Shown in pieces: positions 55,416 to 64,000 of a DNA stretch of 64,000 nt (position 1 is the stretch's first letter; each line of letters starts with the position of its first letter). The translations under genes were made by a program, and so were the position numbers. This DNA comes from an uncultured Eubacteriales bacterium (GTDB lineage: Bacteria; Bacillota; Clostridia; Oscillospirales; Acutalibacteraceae). The stretch lies in assembly GCA_964540415.1 (NCBI GenBank), contig CAZIMM010000002.1:2932-66931 (forward strand), in the 5' to 3' direction. Under the pieces are notes generated by a model. It worked only from the letters and a program-made list of their open reading frames with translations, was not told the origin of the DNA and did no database searches.

Positions 55416-56012
55416 ATGAACGAAATAACAGGCACTCAAAGAAAAATATATGAATTTCTTGTTGAACGAATGCAGGACGGTGTGCCGCCCTCGGTGAGAG
55501 AAATCGGTGCGGTGGTCGGGCTGAAATCCACCTCGTCCGTGCAGGCAAACCTCCAGGCGCTCGAAAAGGCGGGCTACATCTCGCGTGACCCGCTGCTGAA
55601 AAGATCAATCCGAATTGTCGGGCAGCAGGAGCACGAGAATGTCACCCACGTTCCGATTCTCGGCACGGTAACCGCAGGCATGCCGATTCTCGCAGTCGAG
55701 CAGATTGAGGGCTATTTGCCGTACACAGGCCGCCTCTCGCGGGATAAGCCGCTGTTCGCCCTGCGCGTCAGAGGCGAAAGTATGCAGGACGCCGGAATTC
55801 TCGACGGCGACATTGTCATTGTTGAAAAAACTCCCGTTGCCCGCAACGGCGAAATTGTAGTTGCCCTTGTTGAGGACGAGGCGACGGTGAAACGCTTCTT
55901 CAAAGAAAACGGCTGCTTCCGGCTTCAGCCGGAAAACGATGCCTATGCTCCGATTATTGCAGACGAGGTAATTATTCTCGGCACAGTTGTCGGTTTGCAG
56001 AGGTATTATTAA
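55416..56012 (+). CDS. lexA: LexA repressor
   Basis: 198 aa. N-terminal wHTH (..PSVREIG..LKSTSSV..), an Ala-Gly cleavage site (VTAG|MP), and catalytic Ser (GESM) and Lys (VKRF). Confidence 0.95.
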   Translation: MNEITGTQRKIYEFLVERMQDGVPPSVREIGAVVGLKSTSSVQANLQALEKAGYISRDPLLKRSIRIVGQQEHENVTHVPILGTVTAGMPILAVEQIEGYLPYTGRLSRDKPLFALRVRGESMQDAGILDGDIVIVEKTPVARNGEIVVALVEDEATVKRFFKENGCFRLQPENDAYAPIIADEVIILGTVVGLQRYY

Positions 56013-56017
56013 AAAAA

Positions 56018-56054
56018 GAGGCTGACGCATTCAGATGCAGAATGCGTCAGCCTC
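56018..56054 (-). terminator. perfect 15-bp hairpin terminating the minus-strand hemW array (T-run on the minus strand)
   Basis: GAGGCTGACGCATTC (56018-56032) / GAATGCGTCAGCCTC (56040-56054). The minus strand reads hairpin then TTTTTTT. The hemW stop codon lies inside the stem. There is no T-run on the plus strand after lexA. Confidence 0.75.
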
Positions 56055-57198
56055 TGTAAAGTATTTCAGCAATCAGTGTGTTTGAAATCAGAAATCCCGC
56101 AGGTGAAAGTGCGATTCTTTCGCTGTCCGCCTGCGTGAACAGCTTGCCGCCGCTTTCGCACGAGAGCGACTGAGCGTTGCGAACGACATTTTCCGGCAGC
56201 GGGTGGCCGTATCTTTTTCGGCATTCGGCCCTCAGCAGCCCTTCGGTCAGCCTCAGGCGGAGCATTGCATATTCTTCAAAATCTCCGCCCTCTCCGTCGT
56301 CCGTCGGCGGATTGCCGTCAATAAAGCCGTCGATGCTGCGCGGATAATAAAACCGTTTGCCTCCGATAAAAGAGTGTGCCGCAGCGCCGATTCCGCGGTA
56401 TTCCCCGCAGTTCCAGTATTTGAGGTTGTGTCTGCTTTCTTTTCCCGGATAAGCAAAGTTGGAAATTTCATATTGCTTCATGCCGCTTTCTTCAAGAAAG
56501 CCGCAGGTTTCAAGATACAAATCACACACCTTGTCCTCCTCCGGGAGGGCGAGGTTTTCTTTTTTTGCAGCAAATGGAGTTGAATCCTCAATTTTCAGAA
56601 TGTAAGCGCTGATGTGCGACGCGCCTGAGCCGATGCAGAAATCGAGAGAGCGCCGCAGGGTTTCGGAGGTCTGGTAAGGTATTCCGAGCATGAGGTCGAG
56701 CGAAAAGTTTTCAATGCCGCCGGAGCGAATCAGCGAAACTGCGCGTGAAACCTCGGCAGCTCCTGCCCGCCTTCCGAGAGCTTTGCGCTCATTTTCAACG
56801 GCTGACTGCATCCCCAGTGACATTCTGTTAACCCCTGCGTCCTTCAAAAGCGCGAACTCGCGCTCCGAATAGTTTTCGCAGATATCCGACGGGTTGCCCT
56901 CAACCGTAATCTCCGCGCCGTTTACAACGTCAATGTGCGAAAGAATTTCTGCAAGCCTGCGCGCGCCGAGCAGGGTGGGTGTGCCTCCGCCGAAATACAC
57001 TGTGCCGTATTGTTCATCATAAGAGGACAGCGTGCGAATGAGCGCGTTGGTGTAAGAATCGGCCGTTTCCTGCGTCATCTTGAGTGAATAAAAGTCACAG
57101 TAAGGGCACTTCCCCCTGCAAAAAGGAATATGAACATAAAGCCCGGGCAGACTGTCCGGGCTTGCGTGTGACTCTTTGACGGTGGTCAGCTTCTGCAT
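56047..57198 (-). CDS. hemW: radical SAM heme chaperone HemW (coproporphyrinogen III oxidase-like)
   Basis: 383 aa. LYVHIPFCRGKCPYCDF radical-SAM cluster motif. Confidence 0.88.
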   Translation of the reverse strand: MQKLTTVKESHASPDSLPGLYVHIPFCRGKCPYCDFYSLKMTQETADSYTNALIRTLSSYDEQYGTVYFGGGTPTLLGARRLAEILSHIDVVNGAEITVEGNPSDICENYSEREFALLKDAGVNRMSLGMQSAVENERKALGRRAGAAEVSRAVSLIRSGGIENFSLDLMLGIPYQTSETLRRSLDFCIGSGASHISAYILKIEDSTPFAAKKENLALPEEDKVCDLYLETCGFLEESGMKQYEISNFAYPGKESRHNLKYWNCGEYRGIGAAAHSFIGGKRFYYPRSIDGFIDGNPPTDDGEGGDFEEYAMLRLRLTEGLLRAECRKRYGHPLPENVVRNAQSLSCESGGKLFTQADSERIALSPAGFLISNTLIAEILYRG

Positions 57199-58226
57199 GC
57201 GAATTTATAAACAGTGCGGGTTTCGTATCTTTCGCCTGCGTCATATACGCAATTCGGAAAGCCCTGCTGATTCGGAGAATCGGGATAAACCTGTGTTTCA
57301 AGGCAGAAGCCCGCGTGTTTTACGAGCGGAAGACCCTTTTTGCCCGGCTCACCCTTGAGGAAGTTGCCTGTGTAGAGCTGAACACCGGGAAGATCGGTGA
57401 AAACCTCGAGTGTCCTTCCGCTCACAGGTTCGAATGCCGTAATGCACGGCTCTCCCGGAGCGGACTTGCGAAGGCAGAAGTTGTGGTCATAACCTCCCGC
57501 AAGCTTCAACTGCTCGTAATCTTCACCTATATCGCGTCCGATAGCTTTCGGAGTGTTGAAATCAAACGGAGTTCCGGCAACCGCGCGAAGCTCCCCGGTG
57601 GGGATTGACTCTGCTGTCATAGGTGTAAAACAGTCTGCGTTGATTTGCAGAATGTGGCCGAGTATGTTGCCGGAAGCATAGCCTCCGAGATTAAAATAAG
57701 CATGGTTGGTGAATGAGAAAACCGTCTTTTTCGAGGAAACAGCGGAATAAACGATGGAAATGCTGTTGTCCTGAGTCAAAGTGAAGGTGACTTCGGCCGT
57801 GACCTCCCCGGGGAAGCCGTGCGTACCGTCCGGAGAAACAAGTGAAAAAGCAACGCCGTCCTCAAGAACACTGTAATCCCACACTGTGCAGGAAAACTCA
57901 CCGCTGCTGTGAAGGCAGGTGATGTTGTTCTCGTTTTTGTCAAGCTCATAAACCGTGCCGTCAAGCGAAAAGCGGCCGTCTGCAATGCGGTTGGCGTAGC
58001 GCCCGACGGTCTGACCCTGATAGCTTGAATAATCAAGATATCCCTGCAGGGTGTCAAAGCCGACAAGCACATCGGCAAAGCTGTTGTTTTTGTCCGGCAT
58101 AATTGCCGAGAGAAGTGTTGCACCGTAATCTGTCAGTTCTATGGCGGCGCCGGAAGCGTTCTCAATTCTGAAAAGGTGAACGGGCTTGCCGGCGTATTCA
58201 CCGAAGGCTTTTGTCGAAATTTTCAT
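57186..58226 (-). CDS. galM: aldose 1-epimerase (galactose mutarotase)
   Basis: 346 aa with the mutarotase family pattern (..GRYANRI.., ..LHSS.., ..NHAYFNL.., ..GFCLETQ..). It overlaps the hemW start by 13 nt. Confidence 0.85.
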   Translation of the reverse strand: MKISTKAFGEYAGKPVHLFRIENASGAAIELTDYGATLLSAIMPDKNNSFADVLVGFDTLQGYLDYSSYQGQTVGRYANRIADGRFSLDGTVYELDKNENNITCLHSSGEFSCTVWDYSVLEDGVAFSLVSPDGTHGFPGEVTAEVTFTLTQDNSISIVYSAVSSKKTVFSFTNHAYFNLGGYASGNILGHILQINADCFTPMTAESIPTGELRAVAGTPFDFNTPKAIGRDIGEDYEQLKLAGGYDHNFCLRKSAPGEPCITAFEPVSGRTLEVFTDLPGVQLYTGNFLKGEPGKKGLPLVKHAGFCLETQVYPDSPNQQGFPNCVYDAGERYETRTVYKFACRS

Positions 58227-58259
58227 GGTGTTCCTCCGTTGATTGTGTGATTTATTCAG

Positions 58260-59270
58260 TCAACCCTGTTCGATTGACATTGTGGCGTAAGCGTTAAGCG
58301 AGAGGTCGGCAATGTTGCCGGAAAGATATTCATAATAGCCCTGCGAGCCGACCATTGCCGCATTGTCACCGCAGAACTTAAGCTCCGGCATGTAAAGCTC
58401 TCTGCCCTTACTTTTGCACTGCTCCTCCATTTTCCGGCGCAGAACGGAATTTGCGCTCACCCCGCCGCAAACAACAATTTTTTTGCTGCCGAGCAAGGCT
58501 GCCGCGCGGTCCGTTGTGTCGGCAAGGCACTCTGTCACGGCATCAATATAGGACGCGCCGAAGTCAGCCGTATCCGGGGTCTCACCTTTTTGCGCGAGGC
58601 TGTTTATTGTGTTCAGAGCAGCGGTTTTCAGCCCTGAAAAGCTGAAATCAAACTCACTCCCGTCCACACGCGGACGCGGAAAGGCATATGCCCGCGGATT
58701 TCCGTTTGCCGAGACTCTGTCGAGGTTCAGACCTCCGGGGTAGGGCAGTCCGAGCGCGCGCGCCGCCTTGTCCATTGCCTCGCCTGCAGCATCGTCCCTT
58801 GTGCGGGCAATGATTTTGAACGAGGTGTAGCTTTCGGTAAGCACCAAATGGCTGTGTCCGCCCGAAACAACAAGCGCGAGAAAGGGCGGCTCAAGCTGCG
58901 GGTGGCAAATATAGTTTGATGCGATGTGTGAACGCAGATGATGCACGGGAACCACCGGCAGACCCGATGAAAAACTGAGACCTTTCACATAATTGACACC
59001 CACAAGCAAAGCCCCGATCAGACCCGGAGCATAGGTTACGGCAAGAGCGTCAATGTCCGAAAGAGCGCATCCTGCATTTTCAAGCGCCGCACCGGCAACC
59101 TGCGAGACAGCCTCGATATGCCGCCTTGAAGCAATTTCCGGAACAACGCCTCCGTATTTGATGTGTTCTTCAACCTGTGACGCAACGACGTTGGACAAAA
59201 CCATACGTCCGTCTTCAACAACTGCTGCCGCCGTGTCGTCGCAGGAGCTTTCAACTGCAAGAATTTTTAT
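58260..59270 (-). CDS. tsaD: tRNA N6-adenosine threonylcarbamoyltransferase TsaD, apparently initiating at a non-canonical codon (ATA at 59270)
   Basis: The first ATG (59204) would remove the conserved N-terminus. The in-frame sequence upstream reads I-KILAVESSCDDTAAAVVEDGR and matches the universal (M)xILxIETSCDET motif. An in-frame TGA lies 3 codons upstream of the ATA. SD AAGGTGAT sits 5 nt before the ATA. Confidence 0.8.
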   Translation of the reverse strand: MKILAVESSCDDTAAAVVEDGRMVLSNVVASQVEEHIKYGGVVPEIASRRHIEAVSQVAGAALENAGCALSDIDALAVTYAPGLIGALLVGVNYVKGLSFSSGLPVVPVHHLRSHIASNYICHPQLEPPFLALVVSGGHSHLVLTESYTSFKIIARTRDDAAGEAMDKAARALGLPYPGGLNLDRVSANGNPRAYAFPRPRVDGSEFDFSFSGLKTAALNTINSLAQKGETPDTADFGASYIDAVTECLADTTDRAAALLGSKKIVVCGGVSANSVLRRKMEEQCKSKGRELYMPELKFCGDNAAMVGSQGYYEYLSGNIADLSLNAYATMSIEQG

Positions 59271-59281
59271 GGCAAATCACC

Positions 59282-60649
59282 TTAATTACGATAGAATTGC
59301 GGAACTTCGAGAATCGCGTTGCTGTCCGGCGGATACTCGTCTGCGATGATTGAGGCAATAAAGCCCGGCAGGTCTTCAAATATCTCCGACTTTTTTCTGA
59401 AACGCCTGAGAATGGGGCTCAGTTTTTTGATAATGCCGATAAGTGCCTCATAAATCGGAGTGCCGCGCGAATACGGCTCGTCGCCGCCGTAGATATTTCT
59501 CACCAGCTCAACAACCAGGTCCTTCAACAGCACGTTTTCAACGCTCTTGTCAACGCACTTTCCGGCACCGACAAGCCGTGCCGCCTTTTTGAGAGTGAGG
59601 GTCTGAAGTTTGCCGCCGACAAAGGTTATGGGGCGGCGCAGCTTATAAATAGTTTTGCTGTCCATGCTGAATCCTCCCGCCATGCCGGCAAGACGGTCAA
59701 TGTCAAACGCCATGGCGTCAAAAATATCGTTCAGCATGAAGTCAAAATTGTCCTGCATATACTGCATGACTGTTTTGCCCTGCAAATCCCAGTCAAAGCT
59801 CTCAATCCCGGTTGTTTTCACCTGCATACGGTCGGAATCGAGTGTGACGCGGCGCACAGCCGTGGGATATCCTGTGAGCGCACCGGTGTTTATGTCGTAA
59901 AGCTTGTTACCTTTACGCGTGGTTTTGAGTGCGATGTTCTGCATATGGGTGTGGCCGGTGAATATGTATTGCAGACCTGCATCGGCGAGCAGTGTTGAAA
60001 CGCGTTCATAGTCCCCGAGCATATCACGCTTGCTGAACATCGGATAAATCGGGGACGGCGGCAGCACCGGATGATGCGTCATGGCGAAGATATAATCTCC
60101 GGCCTTGTGTGCTTCTTCGATTTGTTCGAGAATCCATTGCAGGTGATCGTCATAATATCCGCAAAAATCCCTGCCGTCTCCGTCGTCATTCAGGCAAAGC
60201 AAACGGTAGCCCGGAGCAAGCTGAACCGTATATGACATTGACTCGTGCTCGGCAATTGCTTCGCTGCGCCCGAAGTCATAATACATTTCGCGCAGGTCGG
60301 GTCTGTAGGTCAGGTAATCGGGAATACTCTCGGGCGTGTAATTCTCCTCGAACGCCTTCAAACCGTAATCATGGGTTGCCGTGATAACAAAAACACGCTT
60401 GCCGCCGTCCTTGAGACGGCGCAGCTTCTCAATGAATTCCCTGTGTTCATTCTTCTTTCCGTTTCGGCTCAGATCGCCCGCAATAAGCACAATGTCAACA
60501 TCCTTGTCGGCAATGAGCATGTCGAAGGTCGCGTCGATAATTGCACCGGATTCATTGATGCACTGTTGGTCGTGTCCTTCGAAAAAGCCGTTTTCCGGAG
60601 AATGATAGTGTGTGTCGGTCAAAAGATAAAAATTCAGCTCCTGCGGCAT
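59282..60649 (-). CDS. cytoplasmic calcineurin-like metallophosphoesterase with helical C-terminal extension
   Basis: 455 aa with no signal peptide. Motifs: TDTHYH, GDLSRNG, TATHD, THHP, GHTHM. It is clearly paralogous, by eye, to domain 1 plus the middle region of the 1107-aa secreted protein. Confidence 0.8.
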   Translation of the reverse strand: MPQELNFYLLTDTHYHSPENGFFEGHDQQCINESGAIIDATFDMLIADKDVDIVLIAGDLSRNGKKNEHREFIEKLRRLKDGGKRVFVITATHDYGLKAFEENYTPESIPDYLTYRPDLREMYYDFGRSEAIAEHESMSYTVQLAPGYRLLCLNDDGDGRDFCGYYDDHLQWILEQIEEAHKAGDYIFAMTHHPVLPPSPIYPMFSKRDMLGDYERVSTLLADAGLQYIFTGHTHMQNIALKTTRKGNKLYDINTGALTGYPTAVRRVTLDSDRMQVKTTGIESFDWDLQGKTVMQYMQDNFDFMLNDIFDAMAFDIDRLAGMAGGFSMDSKTIYKLRRPITFVGGKLQTLTLKKAARLVGAGKCVDKSVENVLLKDLVVELVRNIYGGDEPYSRGTPIYEALIGIIKKLSPILRRFRKKSEIFEDLPGFIASIIADEYPPDSNAILEVPQFYRN

Positions 60650-60667
60650 GGTAAAAACCCCTTTAAA

Positions 60668-61579
60668 TCAAAGTCCGGCTGTCTGCTCAATATATTTTCT
60701 GGCAAGGCAGGCATATTCAAACGGGTTTGCCTTGGCAGGATCCTGCTCGGCCTCAACAACAACCCAGCCCTCGTAGCCGAACTGTTCGAGAATGTCAAAA
60801 ACAGGTTTGAAGTCAAAATCGCCGTCTCCGGGCACGGTGAACGACCCGGCGCGAACGGCATCAAGGAAGCTGTAGCCCTTTTCCTTCGCCAGATTGATAA
60901 CATCCCGGCGGATGCTTTTAAGATGGACGTGCTTAACCCTGCCGGCATATTTTTTGAGAACGCCGATTGCATCCTCGCCCGAAAACGCGAGATGACCGGT
61001 GTCGTAAAGCAGGAAAACAAGGTCCGGGTCTGTCAGGCTCATGAGAGTGTCGATTTCGGAAGCGGTCTGAACTCCGGTACCCATGTGGTGATGCACTGTA
61101 AAGTACATATCCTTTTCACGCGCAAGCCGTCCCATTTCGTTGAAGCCTTTAACTATAAGAGCCCACTGCTCATCTGTATACACGGGCTTTTCGCCGAAAA
61201 TGCTCATGGGCTTCCCCTGAATGCTGTTGCCCTGCTCCGACGCACCGATAACCTTCGCGCCCAGCTCATAAAGAAAGTCGCGGTGCTTGATGAAAGCCTT
61301 GATTGTTGCATCATAACCCTCGGAAAGCAGAAGTGAGGAAAACCATGCGTTGCAGATGCGAAGGCCGCGAACGTCAAGCTTATGTTTGAGTGTTTTCACA
61401 TCCTTGGGATATTTGTTGCCGATTTCGCTGCCTTTGAAGCCGCTGAGCGCCATTTCGCTCACGCACTGCTCAAAGCTGTTCTCCGCACCGAGGTCGGGCA
61501 TATCGTCATTTGTCCACGCAATCGGAGCGATGGCGAGGGACACCTTGTTTTTGTCAAGCATAGTAAACTGTCCTTTCAA
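60668..61579 (-). CDS. iolE: myo-inosose-2 dehydratase
   Basis: 303-codon ORF. It aligns along its length with B. subtilis IolE (..IAPIAWTNDDMP.., ..HHHMGTG.QT.., ..FTVPGDGD.DFKPV.., ..GW.VVEAEQDP.KANP..). Confidence 0.88.
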   Translation of the reverse strand: MKGQFTMLDKNKVSLAIAPIAWTNDDMPDLGAENSFEQCVSEMALSGFKGSEIGNKYPKDVKTLKHKLDVRGLRICNAWFSSLLLSEGYDATIKAFIKHRDFLYELGAKVIGASEQGNSIQGKPMSIFGEKPVYTDEQWALIVKGFNEMGRLAREKDMYFTVHHHMGTGVQTASEIDTLMSLTDPDLVFLLYDTGHLAFSGEDAIGVLKKYAGRVKHVHLKSIRRDVINLAKEKGYSFLDAVRAGSFTVPGDGDFDFKPVFDILEQFGYEGWVVVEAEQDPAKANPFEYACLARKYIEQTAGL

Positions 61580-61582
61580 TAA

Positions 61583-63439
61583 TCAATAGAGTCTGGCTTT
61601 TGAAATGTTTTCCTGCATAGCGGCATAGGCTTCGCGCACGCGCTCGCTTTCCGAAACCTCCGCAACGCCGACACGCCACCAGGCATCGTAGCCGTGGCTC
61701 ATGCTGCCGTGAGCAACCTTGATGTCAAAGAGTGTCGGAACTGTCTGCGTTTTTGAATCCTCAAGCGCCGCCTCAAGCTCCTCGGCTGTGTGCACAGAAT
61801 AGGTCTTGCAGCCGTAGCCATCGGCGCATTTTGCAAAATCAACCGGCACAACGGCACCGTCAAGCAAGCCGGTTTTCGGGTTGCGGGCAAGGAATCGCGT
61901 GCCGAAGGTGTCTGTTCCCTGACTGTTCTGCAAATTTTCAATGCAGCCCCATCCGGTGTTGTCAAAGAGCATGACGTTGATTTTCACACCCTCCTGAACG
62001 GCGGTGTACAGCTCGCTGTGCAGCATGAGGAAGCTTCCGTCGCCGACCATGGTGTAAACCTCGCTGTCGGGACAGGCGAGCTTGACTCCCAGCGCTCCGC
62101 AGATTTCATATCCCATGCAGGAAAAGCCGTATTCCATGTGGTAGGTGTCCGGCACGGTGGCCTTCCACAGCCGCTGCATGCAACCCGGAAGACTGCCCGA
62201 CGAGCCCATTGCAACAGCCGAAGGGTCGATTTTGCTGTTGATGATGCCGAGCGCTCTTGTCTGCGAAAGCTCACCGTTTTCACATACGGCGGAATAGTTC
62301 CTGTCGATTTCCTCGCTGAAGGATTTCTTTGCAAGTGTGTATTCATCCTTCCACGCGGCGGAGTAGTATTTTTGCGTGAGGGCGGCGGAAAGGTCAAGCA
62401 GAGCAAGCTTTGCATCTGCGACAATTGAAAACGCGTCCATCTTGAATGCGTCAAACGGGCAGACGTTGATGCTCAGAATTTTGCACTCCGGATTCTTAAA
62501 GCCGGATTTTGACGAGGTTGTGAAGTCGGTCAGCCTTGTGCCAACGGCGATAATCAGATCCGCCTGCGCCGCAACCTCGTTTGCCGCCGCGCCTCCGGTC
62601 ACACCGACACCGCCGACGTTGTAAGGGCAGTCCCAGCTGATTTGGCCTTTGCCGGCCTGGGTTTCGGCAATCGGAACATTGAACTTTTCCGCAAAATAGA
62701 CAGCCGCGCGTTCTGCCTCTGAATAGCGCATGCCGCCGCCTACAATCAGCAGGGGTTTCTTGGTTTGCAGGATCAGCTCAACCGCCGCGTCAATTTCGCG
62801 TGCACACGCCGGACGTCTGTCCATGTGCCAAATTCGTTTTTGGAGGAAATAATCAGGGTAGTCAAATGCCTCGCCCTCAACATCCTGCGGCATTGCAAGG
62901 CAGACGGCACCCGTGTCCGCGGGGTCGGTGAGCACTCGCATTGCGTTGATGCAGGCGGTCATAAGCTGTTCGGGGCGGACAACCCTGTCCCAATATTTGC
63001 ACACCGGCTTGAAGGCATCGTTGGCTGTGATTGCGCAGCTGTCCGTCTGCTCGATTTGCTGCAGCACCGGGTCGGGCTGACGGCAGGCGAAAGTGTCGCC
63101 CGGGAGCACGAGCAGAGGAATGCGGTTTGCGGTTGCCGTGCCGCAGGCAGTGACCATGTTAAGCGCTCCGGGGCCGATAGATGATGTGCAGGCAATAATC
63201 TGCCTGCGCTTTTTCTGCTTCGCATATGCGATTGCCGCGTGCGCCATGCCCTGCTCGTTGTGTCCCTGATAGTATCTCAGAGAATGTCCGCCCTGCTCGA
63301 GAGCCTGACCGATACCGACAACGCAGCCGTGGCCGAAAATGCCGAATATGCCGTTGACAAACTTTTGCTCCTCACCGTCAAATTCAACATATTGATTGTC
63401 CAGAAATTTGACAAGAGCCTGTGCCATTGTGAGTTTCAT
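61583..63439 (-). CDS. iolD: 3D-(3,5/4)-trihydroxycyclohexane-1,2-dione acylhydrolase (TPP enzyme)
   Basis: 618 aa. It aligns end to end with B. subtilis IolD (..[11 protein letters not shown].., ..[14 protein letters not shown].., ..[11 protein letters not shown].., ..[12 protein letters not shown].., ..[10 protein letters not shown]..). Confidence 0.93.
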   Translation of the reverse strand: MKLTMAQALVKFLDNQYVEFDGEEQKFVNGIFGIFGHGCVVGIGQALEQGGHSLRYYQGHNEQGMAHAAIAYAKQKKRRQIIACTSSIGPGALNMVTACGTATANRIPLLVLPGDTFACRQPDPVLQQIEQTDSCAITANDAFKPVCKYWDRVVRPEQLMTACINAMRVLTDPADTGAVCLAMPQDVEGEAFDYPDYFLQKRIWHMDRRPACAREIDAAVELILQTKKPLLIVGGGMRYSEAERAAVYFAEKFNVPIAETQAGKGQISWDCPYNVGGVGVTGGAAANEVAAQADLIIAVGTRLTDFTTSSKSGFKNPECKILSINVCPFDAFKMDAFSIVADAKLALLDLSAALTQKYYSAAWKDEYTLAKKSFSEEIDRNYSAVCENGELSQTRALGIINSKIDPSAVAMGSSGSLPGCMQRLWKATVPDTYHMEYGFSCMGYEICGALGVKLACPDSEVYTMVGDGSFLMLHSELYTAVQEGVKINVMLFDNTGWGCIENLQNSQGTDTFGTRFLARNPKTGLLDGAVVPVDFAKCADGYGCKTYSVHTAEELEAALEDSKTQTVPTLFDIKVAHGSMSHGYDAWWRVGVAEVSESERVREAYAAMQENISKARLY

Positions 63440-63463
63440 GTATAAAAACCTCCTTGGGATTGT

Positions 63464-64000
63464 TTACAAAATTATTTCCGAGTTCATGACAACCTCGCCC
63501 TTTTCCGTGCAGGAATGAATAAAAGCATTGCCGTCGGAAAGTGTGACACAGGTTGCAATAAAGCCGGAGTCACCCTGCTTGCCTCCGCAAATCAGGGTGT
63601 CAAAGCTGCCTAAGTTTTCACGAAGGTCAAGAGTGTGGGAATGACCGCAAAGCATTAACTGTGTCCCGAGCCTGTCAAGCTCCGCCGCCCAGTTTTGCCC
63701 GAAATGGTTTGTGAGTCCGGGCATATGGCCAAATGCAAGGCGGTACTGTGCGCCGTCATAAACACTGTTTGTCAATCCGCAAAGCCACGCGTATTCTTCT
63801 TTGCGGTATTGTTCAAAATCCACAAGACCGCTGCATTCGGCGTGATCGTCATCCTTGTCTTCACCGGTGTCGAGAACCACGGCTGAGAGCGGACCGTAAT
63901 TGAATGTGAAATAATACCCGGCGTTCGGGTAAGAAAAATATTGCCGCATTTCAGTCGCAAACTCACCGCGTGTTTCGTGGTTGCCCCTGGTGTAAACCAC
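63464..64000 (-). CDS. metallophosphoesterase (purple-acid-phosphatase-like), 5'-truncated by the window edge
   Basis: 178 C-terminal codons are visible: ..RGNHETRG.., ..FGHMP.., ..CGHSHT... It ends 24 nt upstream of iolD. Confidence 0.7.
   Translation of the reverse strand: MVYTRGNHETRGEFATEMRQYFSYPNAGYYFTFNYGPLSAVVLDTGEDKDDDHAECSGLVDFEQYRKEEYAWLCGLTNSVYDGAQYRLAFGHMPGLTNHFGQNWAAELDRLGTQLMLCGHSHTLDLRENLGSFDTLICGGKQGDSGFIATCVTLSDGNAFIHSCTEKGEVVMNSEIIL

Noticed and set aside
60245-61336. A 363-aa ORF on the plus strand, antisense to iolE and the 455-aa phosphoesterase.
   Set aside because: It lies opposite two confidently identified genes. It has no SD, and its composition (Val/Arg/Asn/Leu-rich with no motifs) is typical of antisense frames in GC-biased coding DNA.
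1-64000. A by-eye search for rRNA, tRNA, CRISPR arrays, IS elements, integrases, phage modules, toxin-antitoxin pairs and known defence-system gene combinations.
   Set aside because: Nothing convincing was seen. All intergenic regions are under 400 nt and are explained by promoters, leaders or terminators. The only repeats found are the intragenic ones reported. A computational scan (tRNAscan-SE, Infernal/Rfam, CRISPR finders, DefenseFinder/PADLOC) is still needed to exclude small RNAs.

Overview
This is a densely packed 64-kb chromosomal segment from a moderately GC-rich Firmicute. Gene content and order look like Clostridia (Oscillospiraceae/Ruminococcaceae-like), but the taxon cannot be proven from sequence alone. 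I support about 55 protein-coding genes. Most are core housekeeping or central metabolism: era-yqzL-recO, pgk-tpiA-gpmI, serC-serA, hisF-hisIE, lepA, cca, polA, dusB, lexA, hemW, tsaD, trmL, ptsH. Between them sit carbohydrate and phosphoester genes: GH38 alpha-mannosidase, a DUF4838 protein, galM, iolD-iolE, an FGGY kinase, a GPH-type transporter, four calcineurin-like metallophosphoesterases and one PHP-type phosphoesterase. By eye I saw no rRNA, tRNA, CRISPR array, transposase, integrase or phage genes, and no recognisable defence system. I found no single compelling novel multi-gene system, and all functional proposals here are inference. The observations most worth a second look are these. 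(1) A surface lipoprotein is made of about 10 tandem His-Cys3 mini-modules. (2) Two tandem DHHW-family paralogs share a roughly 290-nt near-identical 5' tract in otherwise diverged genes, and one copy carries a 1-nt homopolymer frameshift that detaches its membrane anchor. (3) A gap-free seven-gene minus-strand array has iolD-iolE flanked by metallophosphoesterases and runs into tsaD, whose conserved N-terminus has no canonical start codon (ATA behind a strong SD). (4) A YqzL-like micro-ORF also lacks a canonical start. (5) A 1107-aa secreted protein fuses two metallophosphoesterase domains. (6) serC-serA is translationally coupled to a Cof-type HAD phosphatase.
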